A stretch of 35,389 nucleotides of DNA, from the NCBI GenBank assembly GCA_964608425.1, contig CAZSNN010000005.1, forward strand, positions 1-35,389, in the 5' to 3' direction. This DNA comes from an uncultured Gammaproteobacteria bacterium (GTDB lineage Bacteria; Patescibacteriota; Patescibacteriia; Patescibacteriales; UBA12465). The notes under the pieces were generated by a model. It did no database searches. It was given only the letters and a program-made list of their open reading frames with translations, and was not told the origin of the DNA. Of the stretch, positions 8,839-17,733 are shown piece by piece. Within the stretch, counting starts at the first letter, position 1. Each line of letters starts with the position of its first letter. The position numbers were made by a program, and so were the translations under genes.

Positions 8839-9651
8839 TTAAGATAAAGAAATTTTTTCAATAATATCAATTTTTTTACCCAAAAAAACCTCTCCCAATT
8901 CTTTAAATTTTTTGGGACTATCAGTAGTAAAAAAAACACATTTTTTCTCTTTTTTATTAAGAGCTGTTTCAATCTCCGGATGCCTTTGTAAATAATCCTT
9001 TAGACTATCACTAACTACTTTACCTGGATCAAACACTAAACACCCCTTCCCCATTATATTCTTAATATTTTTTAATAAAAAAGGATAATGCGTGCAAGCT
9101 AAAACCAAAGCTTCAACCTGCTTATTCTTCAGGGCGATTAAATATTTTTTTAATATCATTTTAGTTTCTGGTTTTTTTAACCAACCCTCCTCTATTAATG
9201 GCACCAGCAATGGGGTGGCCTTTTGGAATATTTCAATATTAGAATTTAAATCCTTAATCTCATCAAGATAAATATTAGAATTAATAGTGGCTTTGGTCCC
9301 AATTATCCCTATTTTTTTAATATTATTAATAGAAACAATTTTTTCAGCAATAGGCCTAATAACTCCCAAAACCTTTAAATCTGGGTAATTCTCGGGTAAA
9401 TACTCTTGCTGAAGTCTTCTAAGAGCTTGAGCCGAAGCACTATTACAGGCAATAATAATCAACTTACACCCCCTGGAATACAAAAAATCAATAGCCTTTT
9501 TGCTGTAGCTATAAATAATTTCAGGAGACTTGTTGCCATAAGGGACATTAGCATTATCGCCTAAATAAATATAATTATATTGTGGTAGCTCTATCAAAAA
9601 ATGATGTAAAACTGTTAGACCACCAACACCCGAATCAAAAACTCCAATCAT
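8839..9651 (-). CDS. murI: Glutamate racemase
   Basis: IGVFDSGVGGLTV, DNANVPYGNKS, IACNSASA, LACTHYP (both catalytic cysteines). Confidence 0.96.
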   Translation of the reverse strand: MIGVFDSGVGGLTVLHHFLIELPQYNYIYLGDNANVPYGNKSPEIIYSYSKKAIDFLYSRGCKLIIIACNSASAQALRRLQQEYLPENYPDLKVLGVIRPIAEKIVSINNIKKIGIIGTKATINSNIYLDEIKDLNSNIEIFQKATPLLVPLIEEGWLKKPETKMILKKYLIALKNKQVEALVLACTHYPFLLKNIKNIMGKGCLVFDPGKVVSDSLKDYLQRHPEIETALNKKEKKCVFFTTDSPKKFKELGEVFLGKKIDIIEKISLS

Positions 9652-9654
9652 ATA

Positions 9655-10320
9655 TTAAGCTAATTTAAAATTATTAATAACTAAAACAAAATTATACCCC
9701 AAAAAATTAGCCGCCTTACGACAAACAATCATTCTTTCATTAAATATTTCAAAATATTCCATAGACCCAGTAACTTTGGTATCAATTTTTAATCGCAAAA
9801 CAATTTCTTTTTTAATTTTATTAAGCTTGAAAGAAGAATCAATCACCGAATAATTAACCCGATCATGAATATCACTTTTAATATTTTCTGGGCTATTATC
9901 TTTAACTCTACTGCGATGTACATCCGATTTATCAGCCAAAATTAAAATAGCTCCAATTTTGTTAATGATTTCATATTTATTTTCATCATGATTGGCAATC
10001 GCTTGCATTATTTCTAGAACACCCTTGGTATCTTCTGAGGCACCTAAAAAAAACTGCGAAAACAACATCGCCCCAGTATAACAATGCTCAGTTCTTTGTA
10101 AAAAATTACCCATATCATGACAATATCCAGCAATAGAAGCCAATTCTTGCTCTCTTTCATCTAGGCCAATATTTTTAGCTAAACTTTTAGCTCGATCAGA
10201 CACCACACTAACATGACGAATACCATGATCAGTATAACCTAAAAAATTTAAATATTGTTCTGATTTTTTTATACATTCTTTAACTCCGGGATGTTTTTTA
10301 ACTTCTTCCAAATTTAACAT
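9655..10320 (-). CDS. HD-domain metal-dependent phosphohydrolase
   Basis: DHGIRH, GYCHDMG (HD motif), IANHDE, LILADKSD. Confidence 0.85.
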   Translation of the reverse strand: MLNLEEVKKHPGVKECIKKSEQYLNFLGYTDHGIRHVSVVSDRAKSLAKNIGLDEREQELASIAGYCHDMGNFLQRTEHCYTGAMLFSQFFLGASEDTKGVLEIMQAIANHDENKYEIINKIGAILILADKSDVHRSRVKDNSPENIKSDIHDRVNYSVIDSSFKLNKIKKEIVLRLKIDTKVTGSMEYFEIFNERMIVCRKAANFLGYNFVLVINNFKLA

Positions 10321-10337
10321 AAATAATGTAATTAATT

Positions 10338-11387
10338 TTAATTGTTTTTATTTAACAAACCATGAGCCATACTCTCTTTAATGCCAGCACCAGTAATAGA
10401 GATAAAATCAACCTTGCCTTTAATTTTTTCAATACTATCCGCTCCTACATAAGTCATACCGGAAGCTAGTCCTCCAATTAATTTAGTAACAATCGGAATA
10501 ACTGACCCTTTATACTCAACCATAGTCATTTCTCCTTCCACATGAACCACCTCTTCTTTTTTCTTTCCGTCTAATTCCATTTTTTTAACCGTAGCTAAAT
10601 AACTAGCCATACCTCGATATTCTTTAAATTTTTTTCCATCTTTTTCAATTATTTTACCCGGAGTTTCATCAGTCCCGGAGAACAAAGAGCCCAACATCAC
10701 AGTATCAGCTCCAGCTCCAATAGCTTTAGTGATATCACCTGATATTTTTATCCCACCATCAGCACAAATTGGCACTCGTCCTTGAGCAGCTTCATAAACA
10801 TCCATAATAGCAGTAATTTGCGGGACACCAGCACCAGCCATAATTCTAGTGGTACACATTGAACCTGGTCCAATTCCAACCTTTAAAGCATCGGCTCCTT
10901 TATTGATAAAATATTCCGCTGCATCCTTGGTGGCAATATTTCCAACAATAACATCTATCTGGGGATATTTTTCTTTAATATAGTCCAAAGTCTTTCCGAC
11001 TCTTTTAGAATGACCATGAGCCACATCCAAAACTAAAATATCTACTCCAGCTTTATTTAAAGCTTCGGCCCTTTCTTCAAAGTCCTTAACCCCGATAGCT
11101 GCGGCTGTTAAAAGTTTTTCCTTCTTAACCGCTAAGACTTCTTTAACCTGATTTTCAGTAGTCATAAAGCGATGTAAAACACCTAGTCCACCCAAACGAC
11201 CAATAGTAATTGCCATTTGACTTTCACAAACGGTATCCATATTGGCTACTAAAAAAGGAATATCTAAATAATGATTTTTAGTTACTCTAGTTTGAAAGGA
11301 AACGCTTTTGCGAGACTCTACTCTATTATATTTTGGAACTACCAAAACATCATCAAAAGAATATCCCGGACCAATAATTCTTGCCAT
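10338..11387 (-). CDS. IMPDH/GMP reductase family enzyme, lacking CBS domains (GMPR-like)
   Basis: SFDDVLVVP, ANMDTV, LDVAHGHS, GIGPGSMCTTR (catalytic Cys), ADGGI, MLGSLFSG, YRGMAS. Confidence 0.88.
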   Translation of the reverse strand: MARIIGPGYSFDDVLVVPKYNRVESRKSVSFQTRVTKNHYLDIPFLVANMDTVCESQMAITIGRLGGLGVLHRFMTTENQVKEVLAVKKEKLLTAAAIGVKDFEERAEALNKAGVDILVLDVAHGHSKRVGKTLDYIKEKYPQIDVIVGNIATKDAAEYFINKGADALKVGIGPGSMCTTRIMAGAGVPQITAIMDVYEAAQGRVPICADGGIKISGDITKAIGAGADTVMLGSLFSGTDETPGKIIEKDGKKFKEYRGMASYLATVKKMELDGKKKEEVVHVEGEMTMVEYKGSVIPIVTKLIGGLASGMTYVGADSIEKIKGKVDFISITGAGIKESMAHGLLNKNN

Positions 11388-11406
11388 ATATATTTTATTT
11401 AAATAA

Positions 11407-11895
11407 TTAATTTAATAACCAAATATTATAAGTTAAATAAGTAGCGAAACTAACCCATAAAAGATAGGGCCATAATAAAACCGAAGAAAATTTATTATTT
11501 TTCCATAACAAAATAATTAAAATCAAAGTGGTAACGTTTAGAACGGTCATTTCTACAATTGACCAAAATATCATTCCCCAACCAAAAAATAGAGTGCTCC
11601 AAAAAATGTTTAAAATTCCATTAGCAATAAAAAACAACAAAATCGGCTGAAATCTAATCTCCTTATTCTCTTTATTTTTTCTAAGAAAAAATAAGATAGA
11701 AAAAGTAGCCAAAATAAAAATTATAGTCCAAACCATTCCGATAAAAGAACCTGGGGGTGTAAAACTTGGTAAATTAATAGCATTATACCAATCCATTCCT
11801 TTATTAGTAATTAAGCTACCAATCGCCGAAACTAAAAAAACAGAAATAATTGCTGAGGCATATTTAATTCTGTTTTTAATAAAATTGTTCTTCAT
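11407..11895 (-). CDS. tspO: TspO/MBR family tryptophan-rich sensory protein
   Basis: WYNAINLPSFTPP...VWT, LNIFWSTLFFG, LLWPYLLWVSFATYLTYNIWLLN; five TM segments. Confidence 0.92.
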   Translation of the reverse strand: MKNNFIKNRIKYASAIISVFLVSAIGSLITNKGMDWYNAINLPSFTPPGSFIGMVWTIIFILATFSILFFLRKNKENKEIRFQPILLFFIANGILNIFWSTLFFGWGMIFWSIVEMTVLNVTTLILIILLWKNNKFSSVLLWPYLLWVSFATYLTYNIWLLN

Positions 11896-11924
11896 AGTTT
11901 TAGAATTAATTTTAAACCTTTATT

Positions 11925-11953
11925 ATTATAACATTTTCTAAAAATAAAGTCAT
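11925..11953 (-). promoter_or_regulatory. Extended -10 promoter for the tspO-GMPR-HD-murI unit
   Basis: Minus strand ATGACT, 17 nt ending in TGt, TATAAT (11930-11925). Confidence 0.55.
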
Positions 11954-11957
11954 TGAT

Positions 11958-12719
11958 TTAGGAAAAATCATCAGCGAAAAACTCATACCCTAATATTAAG
12001 GCTGGTGTTGATAAAAAATACCAAATAATAACATCATCTAAAGGAAAAACCTCTCCCCAAATTTTCACGGGAAATAAATAATCTCCTGGCCAAAACCAAC
12101 TACCAATCTTTAAAGAAACTAATTCATAAACAAAAAAAACTAAAGCAAAAAATAAGGTTGGAATAATAGTTTTTTTTATTAATAAGGGTTTTTTAAAAAA
12201 CAACCAAGTCATCGGAATAATTAAAACTATCACAGCGATAGTAATATAATTAGCTCCTATTATATCTTTATTATAAAAATATAGAGAAAAAACAATTACT
12301 GAAAAAATTAAAAACAAGTCTATTAAATACTTAAAATTTTTATTAATTTTTCCAGGACGGTCATTATTTATAAAATATTCATAAAAAGATAATCCCCAAA
12401 AAAAGTTTAAAAAAGCAAACAACATATTTTCCAGAGGAATAAGTCCCAATATTCTAGGAAAAACAGAAGATACGTCCCAAACATCTTTTAATCTAGCCAT
12501 TAATTCTACTGGAGGAGCAAATAAAAATAAGGCTACTATAGAAAAAATTAAAACCCTAGCTCGAGAATTCTTCAACCAATAAAAATTTAAAATACTTGGC
12601 GGTAATAAAACTATGATAATAGAAATAATATAGATTGGCTGCCAAAAATAAACCAAACAACAGGCCAATAAAACATACAATAATAATAAAAATATTTTTA
12701 TTTTTTTATTTTTGCTCAT
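11958..12719 (-). CDS. Membrane protein with two tandem lycopene-cyclase-domain-like (CrtYc/d-like) units
   Basis: Two similar halves, each with an acidic residue in a TM helix, a Trp, and a P-L-E/D motif: VELMARLKDVW...ILGLIPLENMLFAF and YELVSLKIGSW...IWGEVFPLDDVIIWY. Family recognized from memory. Confidence 0.5.
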   Translation of the reverse strand: MSKNKKIKIFLLLLYVLLACCLVYFWQPIYIISIIIVLLPPSILNFYWLKNSRARVLIFSIVALFLFAPPVELMARLKDVWDVSSVFPRILGLIPLENMLFAFLNFFWGLSFYEYFINNDRPGKINKNFKYLIDLFLIFSVIVFSLYFYNKDIIGANYITIAVIVLIIPMTWLFFKKPLLIKKTIIPTLFFALVFFVYELVSLKIGSWFWPGDYLFPVKIWGEVFPLDDVIIWYFLSTPALILGYEFFADDFS

Positions 12720-12728
12720 ACTATAAAA

Positions 12729-13205
12729 CTATAAGATACTTTTATTAATTATATTACCCAATAAATAGGATAAGACTATTACAATGATAGCTATAAAAAG
12801 ATGCTCCCCCACTACTCGATAAGGATTTTCTCTGCCTTGCTTACCAATTTGGTAACTCAAAACTGATAATAAGATTATTCCCCAAGCAATAGAAATAAAG
12901 GAAGAAATTTTTAAATCAAAAAATAAAAAAGGAATAACAAAAGTTAAAGCAAACAAAAACTTAGCTAAAAAAGTTACAATAGTAGCCTCCCAGACATGTC
13001 TTGTTTTATTTTTTCTATCCGACTCTTCAGAAACATGAATTCCTAGAGAATCAGAAAAAGCGTCAGCCAGAGCAATAATGAGTATTCCGCTAATAACAGC
13101 TAGTTTTGATCCCGTCCCCGAATTCAACCCTACCATCAATCCCAAGGTTGTGATAACAGCCGAAGTCAAGCCAAAACTTAATCCCTTTTTATAAGATTTT
13201 TTCAT
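12729..13205 (-). CDS. VIT1/CCC1 family (iron/manganese transporter-like) protein
   Basis: FGLTSAVITTLGLMVG, LIIALADAFSDSLGIHVSEES; short form without the cytoplasmic domain. Confidence 0.8.
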   Translation of the reverse strand: MKKSYKKGLSFGLTSAVITTLGLMVGLNSGTGSKLAVISGILIIALADAFSDSLGIHVSEESDRKNKTRHVWEATIVTFLAKFLFALTFVIPFLFFDLKISSFISIAWGIILLSVLSYQIGKQGRENPYRVVGEHLFIAIIVIVLSYLLGNIINKSIL

Positions 13206-14355
13206 ATCTTTTAGATTTTTTACGAGCTAAATTAGCGAAGCGATGAGCCTCGTCCCTAGCTTGCAATAAAATATTTTTAATACTTAAAACTTTTTCTTTG
13301 AAACTATCAGTAGCTCGATCATCAAAAATAATTTCATCTCCAGAAAATTTTGACAATCCCACAAAATTATTAATTTTATATTTTTTAAAAATAGGTCGCA
13401 AAAAATCAATCTGAGGCTTGCCTCCATCAATTAACACAAAATCAGGATACTTCCACTCCAAATGAGAAAATCTCCTAACCAAGACCTCTTCTAAGGCTCT
13501 TAAATCATCGCTTAAAAAAGAATTCTTTATTTTAAATAAACGATATTCTTTATTATCACTCTGACCAAAAGAATCAAAAACAACCATTGAACCGTAAGCC
13601 TCTTTTCCAGAAAAATGAGAAATGTCATAAGCCTCAATTCTAGAAAAAGGAATTGCTGTTAAATTTAATTCTTTTCCCAGCAAAGAAACATCTTGCAGGT
13701 GTTGCAAGGATTTGGCCTGCTGAGGATTTTCTTTGGTCAATTTTTTTAATAATAATTCTTTTTTCCCCTGAAGTAATAAAACTATATTTTTAATATTTTT
13801 ATTATAATCCCTTTTGCTAATCAGCCCCAGGCAAGAACCAGGACAAAGACCAACTTGATAATCAAAACAAGCTTTTCCAGAATTGGGTCGACAAGTTCCA
13901 TAGGGAAAAATCCTTCTAATTATCCTTAAGGCGTTTTTAATTAAAGAAAAAGATTGATAGGGGCCAAAAATATAATTATCCTCCTCTGAGTGTTTCATTA
14001 AATCCTTGCCCCTAATTATTAGAGGGGCAGGAAATTCTTTTTTAGGCATGATTATATAAATAAAAGAACGATCATCACGATCTTTAATATTATACTTAGG
14101 CCAATATTTCTTTATATATTTAGCTTCTAAAATTATAGCCTCTAACAAAGTATTGGTTTCGATTGTCTTTATTTTTTTAGCAAGAGACACCATTTCTTTT
14201 ATTCGAGAATCAACATTAGTCAAAAAGTATTGACTCAAGCGATTCTTAAGACTAGTAGCTCGCCCCACATATAAAACTTTACCCTTATTATCAAGCCAGA
14301 AATAAATACCTGGTTTGGCTGGTATATTTTTAATTGTCTCTTTTAGTTTATTCAT
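13189..14355 (-). CDS. uvrC: Excinuclease ABC subunit C, short form
   Basis: GIY-YIG domain (PGIYFW..VLYVGRATSLKNRLSQYF), four-Cys cluster, RNase H-like EAYDISH...DGG...RDEAHRFA. Confidence 0.88.
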   Translation of the reverse strand: MNKLKETIKNIPAKPGIYFWLDNKGKVLYVGRATSLKNRLSQYFLTNVDSRIKEMVSLAKKIKTIETNTLLEAIILEAKYIKKYWPKYNIKDRDDRSFIYIIMPKKEFPAPLIIRGKDLMKHSEEDNYIFGPYQSFSLIKNALRIIRRIFPYGTCRPNSGKACFDYQVGLCPGSCLGLISKRDYNKNIKNIVLLLQGKKELLLKKLTKENPQQAKSLQHLQDVSLLGKELNLTAIPFSRIEAYDISHFSGKEAYGSMVVFDSFGQSDNKEYRLFKIKNSFLSDDLRALEEVLVRRFSHLEWKYPDFVLIDGGKPQIDFLRPIFKKYKINNFVGLSKFSGDEIIFDDRATDSFKEKVLSIKNILLQARDEAHRFANLARKKSKRYEKIL

Positions 14356-14361
14356 ACTAAA

Positions 14362-14389
14362 ATTATAGCACTTCGGCTGATTTTCTCAA
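14362..14389 (-). promoter_or_regulatory. uvrC promoter (likely leaderless)
   Basis: Minus strand TTGAGA, 16 nt ending in TGc, TATAAT, then 6 nt to the ATG. Confidence 0.6.
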
Positions 14390-14391
14390 AT

Positions 14392-14418
14392 AAAAAACCC
14401 CGACTTATCATCGAGGTT
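14392..14418 (-). terminator. Rho-independent terminator
   Basis: Minus strand AACCTCGA-TGATAAG-TCGGGGTT followed by TTTT. Confidence 0.75.
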
Positions 14419-14429
14419 AAAATATTTTA

Positions 14430-14960
14430 TTATTTTTTTTCTATTCTAGGTGTTATCAAAAAAAACACAAAGAATAAAGATAAAATGACTGACACGATCT
14501 TCATAGATTGAAAATTAGCTACCAGGCCATTTACATTAAAATAATAAATCACAAAAAATATTGTTCCAAGAAAAATACAGAAGATTAATACTGGTAAATA
14601 TTTTTGTCGAATGGAAAAGGCCAAGCCATAAGTCATCAAAAATATTGATGAAACAGTCAGCGAAAAAAGACAATCTTCTAAATGTCCAGATTTAAACAAA
14701 TAGAAGGTTAACCCGGCTAAAAACAGACCTATCATCATCATAACCATTCCCTTTACGGCAAATCTACCAAAAAGGATTTCTGTTTCAGCATCATAAGACA
14801 CTTTAGCACCAAAATGCTTTCTATTAAATTCAGCGATTTCATCAAGTTCTTTTTGAGCCTGATAAATTTCATCTTTTGACACGGGAGCCTTAAATACAAA
14901 CCTAATCAAAATTACCAATAATATTGGTAAAGAAACTAATATACTATCCAATAATTCCAT
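14430..14960 (-). CDS. Hypothetical membrane protein
   Basis: 176-aa ORF with about five hydrophobic segments, its own promoter and a terminator; no recognizable family. Confidence 0.7.
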   Translation of the reverse strand: MELLDSILVSLPILLVILIRFVFKAPVSKDEIYQAQKELDEIAEFNRKHFGAKVSYDAETEILFGRFAVKGMVMMMIGLFLAGLTFYLFKSGHLEDCLFSLTVSSIFLMTYGLAFSIRQKYLPVLIFCIFLGTIFFVIYYFNVNGLVANFQSMKIVSVILSLFFVFFLITPRIEKK

Positions 14961-15007
14961 AATAATATTTTTTGATTTAACATTTTTAAAGGACTAAACA
15001 ATATAGA

Positions 15008-15036
15008 AACTTATCACAAACATTAAAAAAAGTCAA
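15008..15036 (-). promoter_or_regulatory. sigma70 promoter for the 14430-14960 gene, abutting the uvrA stop
   Basis: Minus strand TTGACT (15036-15031), 17 nt ending in TGa, TAAGTT (15013-15008). Confidence 0.55.
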
Positions 15037-17562
15037 CTACTTTAAATAATCTTTTAAATATTTACCAGTAATACTTTTTTCATTTCTAATCAAATCTTCG
15101 GGTTCGCCACTGGCCAATAAATATCCACCTTTCTCTCCTCCATCTGGACCTAAATCAATTAAATAATCCATCGACTTAAGCATATGCATATTATGCTCAA
15201 TAACCACAACAGTATGACCTTTTTCTACCAATTTATTTAAAACCTGAAGTAATAATTCAATATCACGATAATGAAGTCCAGTAGTTGGCTCGTCTAATAA
15301 ATACAAGGTTTTTTGTCCCAAAACATAAGTTAACTCTTTGGCTATTTTAATCCTCTGAGCTTCACCTCCGGAGAGAGTAGTAGCACTCTGACCCAATTTA
15401 ATATAGCCAAGACCAACCGATTTTAAAATATTTAATTTATCAGTAATATGATAATTTCCATCAAATAATTTTATACCCTCCTCGACACTTAAGTCCAAAA
15501 CATCAGAAATATTATGCCCCTTATATTCAACTTGTAGAGTTTCTCGATTAAACCTTTTACCGCGACAAACCTCGCACTCTACTAATACAGCTGGTAGAAA
15601 ATGCATTTCTATTAAATTGAAACCCGCTCCCTGACAAGCTTCACAACGACCACCAGCCCGATTAAAAGAAAAACGAGATAAACTATAACCCCTTTCTTTA
15701 GCCTCTGGTAAAGCAGCAAAAAAATCTCTAATTGGCGTAAATATTCCCGTATAGGTAGCTGGATTAGACCTGGGAGTTCGACCAATTGGCGATTGATCAA
15801 TAACCGACACTTTATTTATATATTCAACTCCCTTAATATCAGCGACATCAATTAGCTTATTTTTTCCAGGATTATTCTTTATCTGTGCAATATTTTTATA
15901 CAATACATCATACATTAAAGAAGATTTCCCGCTACCCGACACTCCGCAAAGACCAATCAATCTTCCTAGTGGTATTTCTATATTAATATTCTTTAAATTA
16001 TTAGCCCTAGCCCCTTTTATATTAATAATACCCTTGTTTTGCGACCTTCTTTTAGTTGGAATAATTATTTTCTTTCGACCACTAAGATAGTCTAGGGTTA
16101 AAGATTTTTTGTTTTTATTATCAATTTTATCATTTTTGAGCAAATCTTTAGTACTACCGATAGCCACTATCTCACCGCCATAAACCCCAGCCTCAGGCCC
16201 AATATCAACTAAATAATCGGAATTAATAATAGTCTGCTCATCATGTTCTACTAAAATAACAGTATTTCCCTTATCTCTTAACGATTTTAAAGTTTCGATT
16301 AACTTAAAAGTATCTCTTTCATGCAGACCAATGGTTGGTTCATCTAAAATATATAGAGTTCTTGATAATTGGGACCCAATTTGAGAAGATAAGCGAATTC
16401 TCTGAGCCTCACCACCAGACAAGGTCTCGGCCTCCCTATTTAAAGTCAAATATCCCAAACCAACCTTATTCAAAAATTCCAATCTATCTATTATCTGTTG
16501 CATAACATTTGAAACTATATTCAAGCTTCTATCGCTTAGATTTCCTAAAACATTTTCAAAAAAAGAACTAGCTCGCTCCAGAGACAAGGCAGTTACTTCA
16601 GCAATATTTTTATCACCAATTTTAACTGATAGGGCCTCCTCCCTAAGTCTTTTACCTTGACACTTAGGGCAAACTTCATTAGCGTAAAAACCAATCTTTC
16701 CCAAACCAGAACAAGACGGACAAGCTCCATGAGGAGAATTAAAAGAAAATAAGCGAGGCTCCATTTCAGGAAAAGCAAAACTGTCATTAGGACAAGTCCA
16801 ATTAGAAGATAATAAAAATTCTTTTTTGTCATCTAGGGATACAAAAACTAACCCCTTGCTGTGAGCAATAGCATTCTCAATGGCCTCGAATAAACGAGAG
16901 TCATCGCTCGGCATGACCTTATCAATAATTATATCAATATTATGCTGTTTATTAGGACTCAATTTAATTTGATCGCGCAATGAATAAATCTGACCATCAA
17001 TTCTAGCCTCTGAGTAACCTAAAGACAAATAATCATATAATAATTGATAATATTCCCCTTTTCTTCCTCTAATAACTGGAGAGATGATTGTTAAATATTT
17101 GGCCCCCGATTCTTTGGCTCGAGAAATAGAAATATCAACCATCTCTTCTAAGGTCAACTTTTGAATTTTATGATCACATTTAGGACAATATACTTCTCCA
17201 ATTCTGGCATACAAAACTCTTAGATAATCATAGATATCGGTTAAGGTGCCAACTGTAGATCGAGGATTATGCGACAGGGCTTTTTGATCAATAGAGATAG
17301 CTGGAGCTAATCCAATAATTTCATCGACCTCAGCCGCCTTCTTTTGTCCAATAAATTGTCGCATATATGGAGATAAAGACTCTACATAACGACGTTGTCC
17401 TTCAGCAAAAATAGTATCGAAGGCCAAGGAAGATTTACCAGAACCAGAAACTCCAGTTATAACAGTCAATTCATTATGAGGTATCTCTAGGCTAATATTT
17501 TTTAAATTATGCATCCTAGCTCCCTTTATGATTATATTATTGTTATTATTATTTTTATTCAT
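15037..17562 (-). CDS. uvrA: Excinuclease ABC subunit A
   Basis: Two ABC ATPase modules (GVSGSGKSS twice, LSGGEAQRI twice, LDEPT.GLH twice) plus zinc-module cysteines. Start taken as ATG 17562; the ORF track uses GTG 17577. Confidence 0.96.
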   Translation of the reverse strand: MNKNNNNNNIIIKGARMHNLKNISLEIPHNELTVITGVSGSGKSSLAFDTIFAEGQRRYVESLSPYMRQFIGQKKAAEVDEIIGLAPAISIDQKALSHNPRSTVGTLTDIYDYLRVLYARIGEVYCPKCDHKIQKLTLEEMVDISISRAKESGAKYLTIISPVIRGRKGEYYQLLYDYLSLGYSEARIDGQIYSLRDQIKLSPNKQHNIDIIIDKVMPSDDSRLFEAIENAIAHSKGLVFVSLDDKKEFLLSSNWTCPNDSFAFPEMEPRLFSFNSPHGACPSCSGLGKIGFYANEVCPKCQGKRLREEALSVKIGDKNIAEVTALSLERASSFFENVLGNLSDRSLNIVSNVMQQIIDRLEFLNKVGLGYLTLNREAETLSGGEAQRIRLSSQIGSQLSRTLYILDEPTIGLHERDTFKLIETLKSLRDKGNTVILVEHDEQTIINSDYLVDIGPEAGVYGGEIVAIGSTKDLLKNDKIDNKNKKSLTLDYLSGRKKIIIPTKRRSQNKGIINIKGARANNLKNINIEIPLGRLIGLCGVSGSGKSSLMYDVLYKNIAQIKNNPGKNKLIDVADIKGVEYINKVSVIDQSPIGRTPRSNPATYTGIFTPIRDFFAALPEAKERGYSLSRFSFNRAGGRCEACQGAGFNLIEMHFLPAVLVECEVCRGKRFNRETLQVEYKGHNISDVLDLSVEEGIKLFDGNYHITDKLNILKSVGLGYIKLGQSATTLSGGEAQRIKIAKELTYVLGQKTLYLLDEPTTGLHYRDIELLLQVLNKLVEKGHTVVVIEHNMHMLKSMDYLIDLGPDGGEKGGYLLASGEPEDLIRNEKSITGKYLKDYLK

Positions 17563-17671
17563 ATTATATAAAAACACGCCAGAATTTGTTTCTGGGGGTT
17601 AACACAATTTTAAGTTAAATTGATATTATCATCAGCTAATAATAAAATCAAGTAAAATTTCAAATAAATGC

Positions 17672-17701
17672 TTGACAATAATATTAATTAAAAACTATAA
17701 T
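17672..17701 (+). promoter_or_regulatory. Consensus sigma70 promoter for the thioredoxin-DsbD gene
   Basis: TTGACA (17672-17677), 18 nt, TATAAT (17696-17701). Confidence 0.7.
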
Positions 17702-17733
17702 ATAATATTATTAAAAAATAAATTTATATAATT

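Noticed and set aside
17530-17562. Poly-Asn (AAT)n tract at the uvrA N-terminus as a contingency repeat
   Set aside because: It is short, imperfect and in frame, so expansion would not switch expression; ordinary low complexity.
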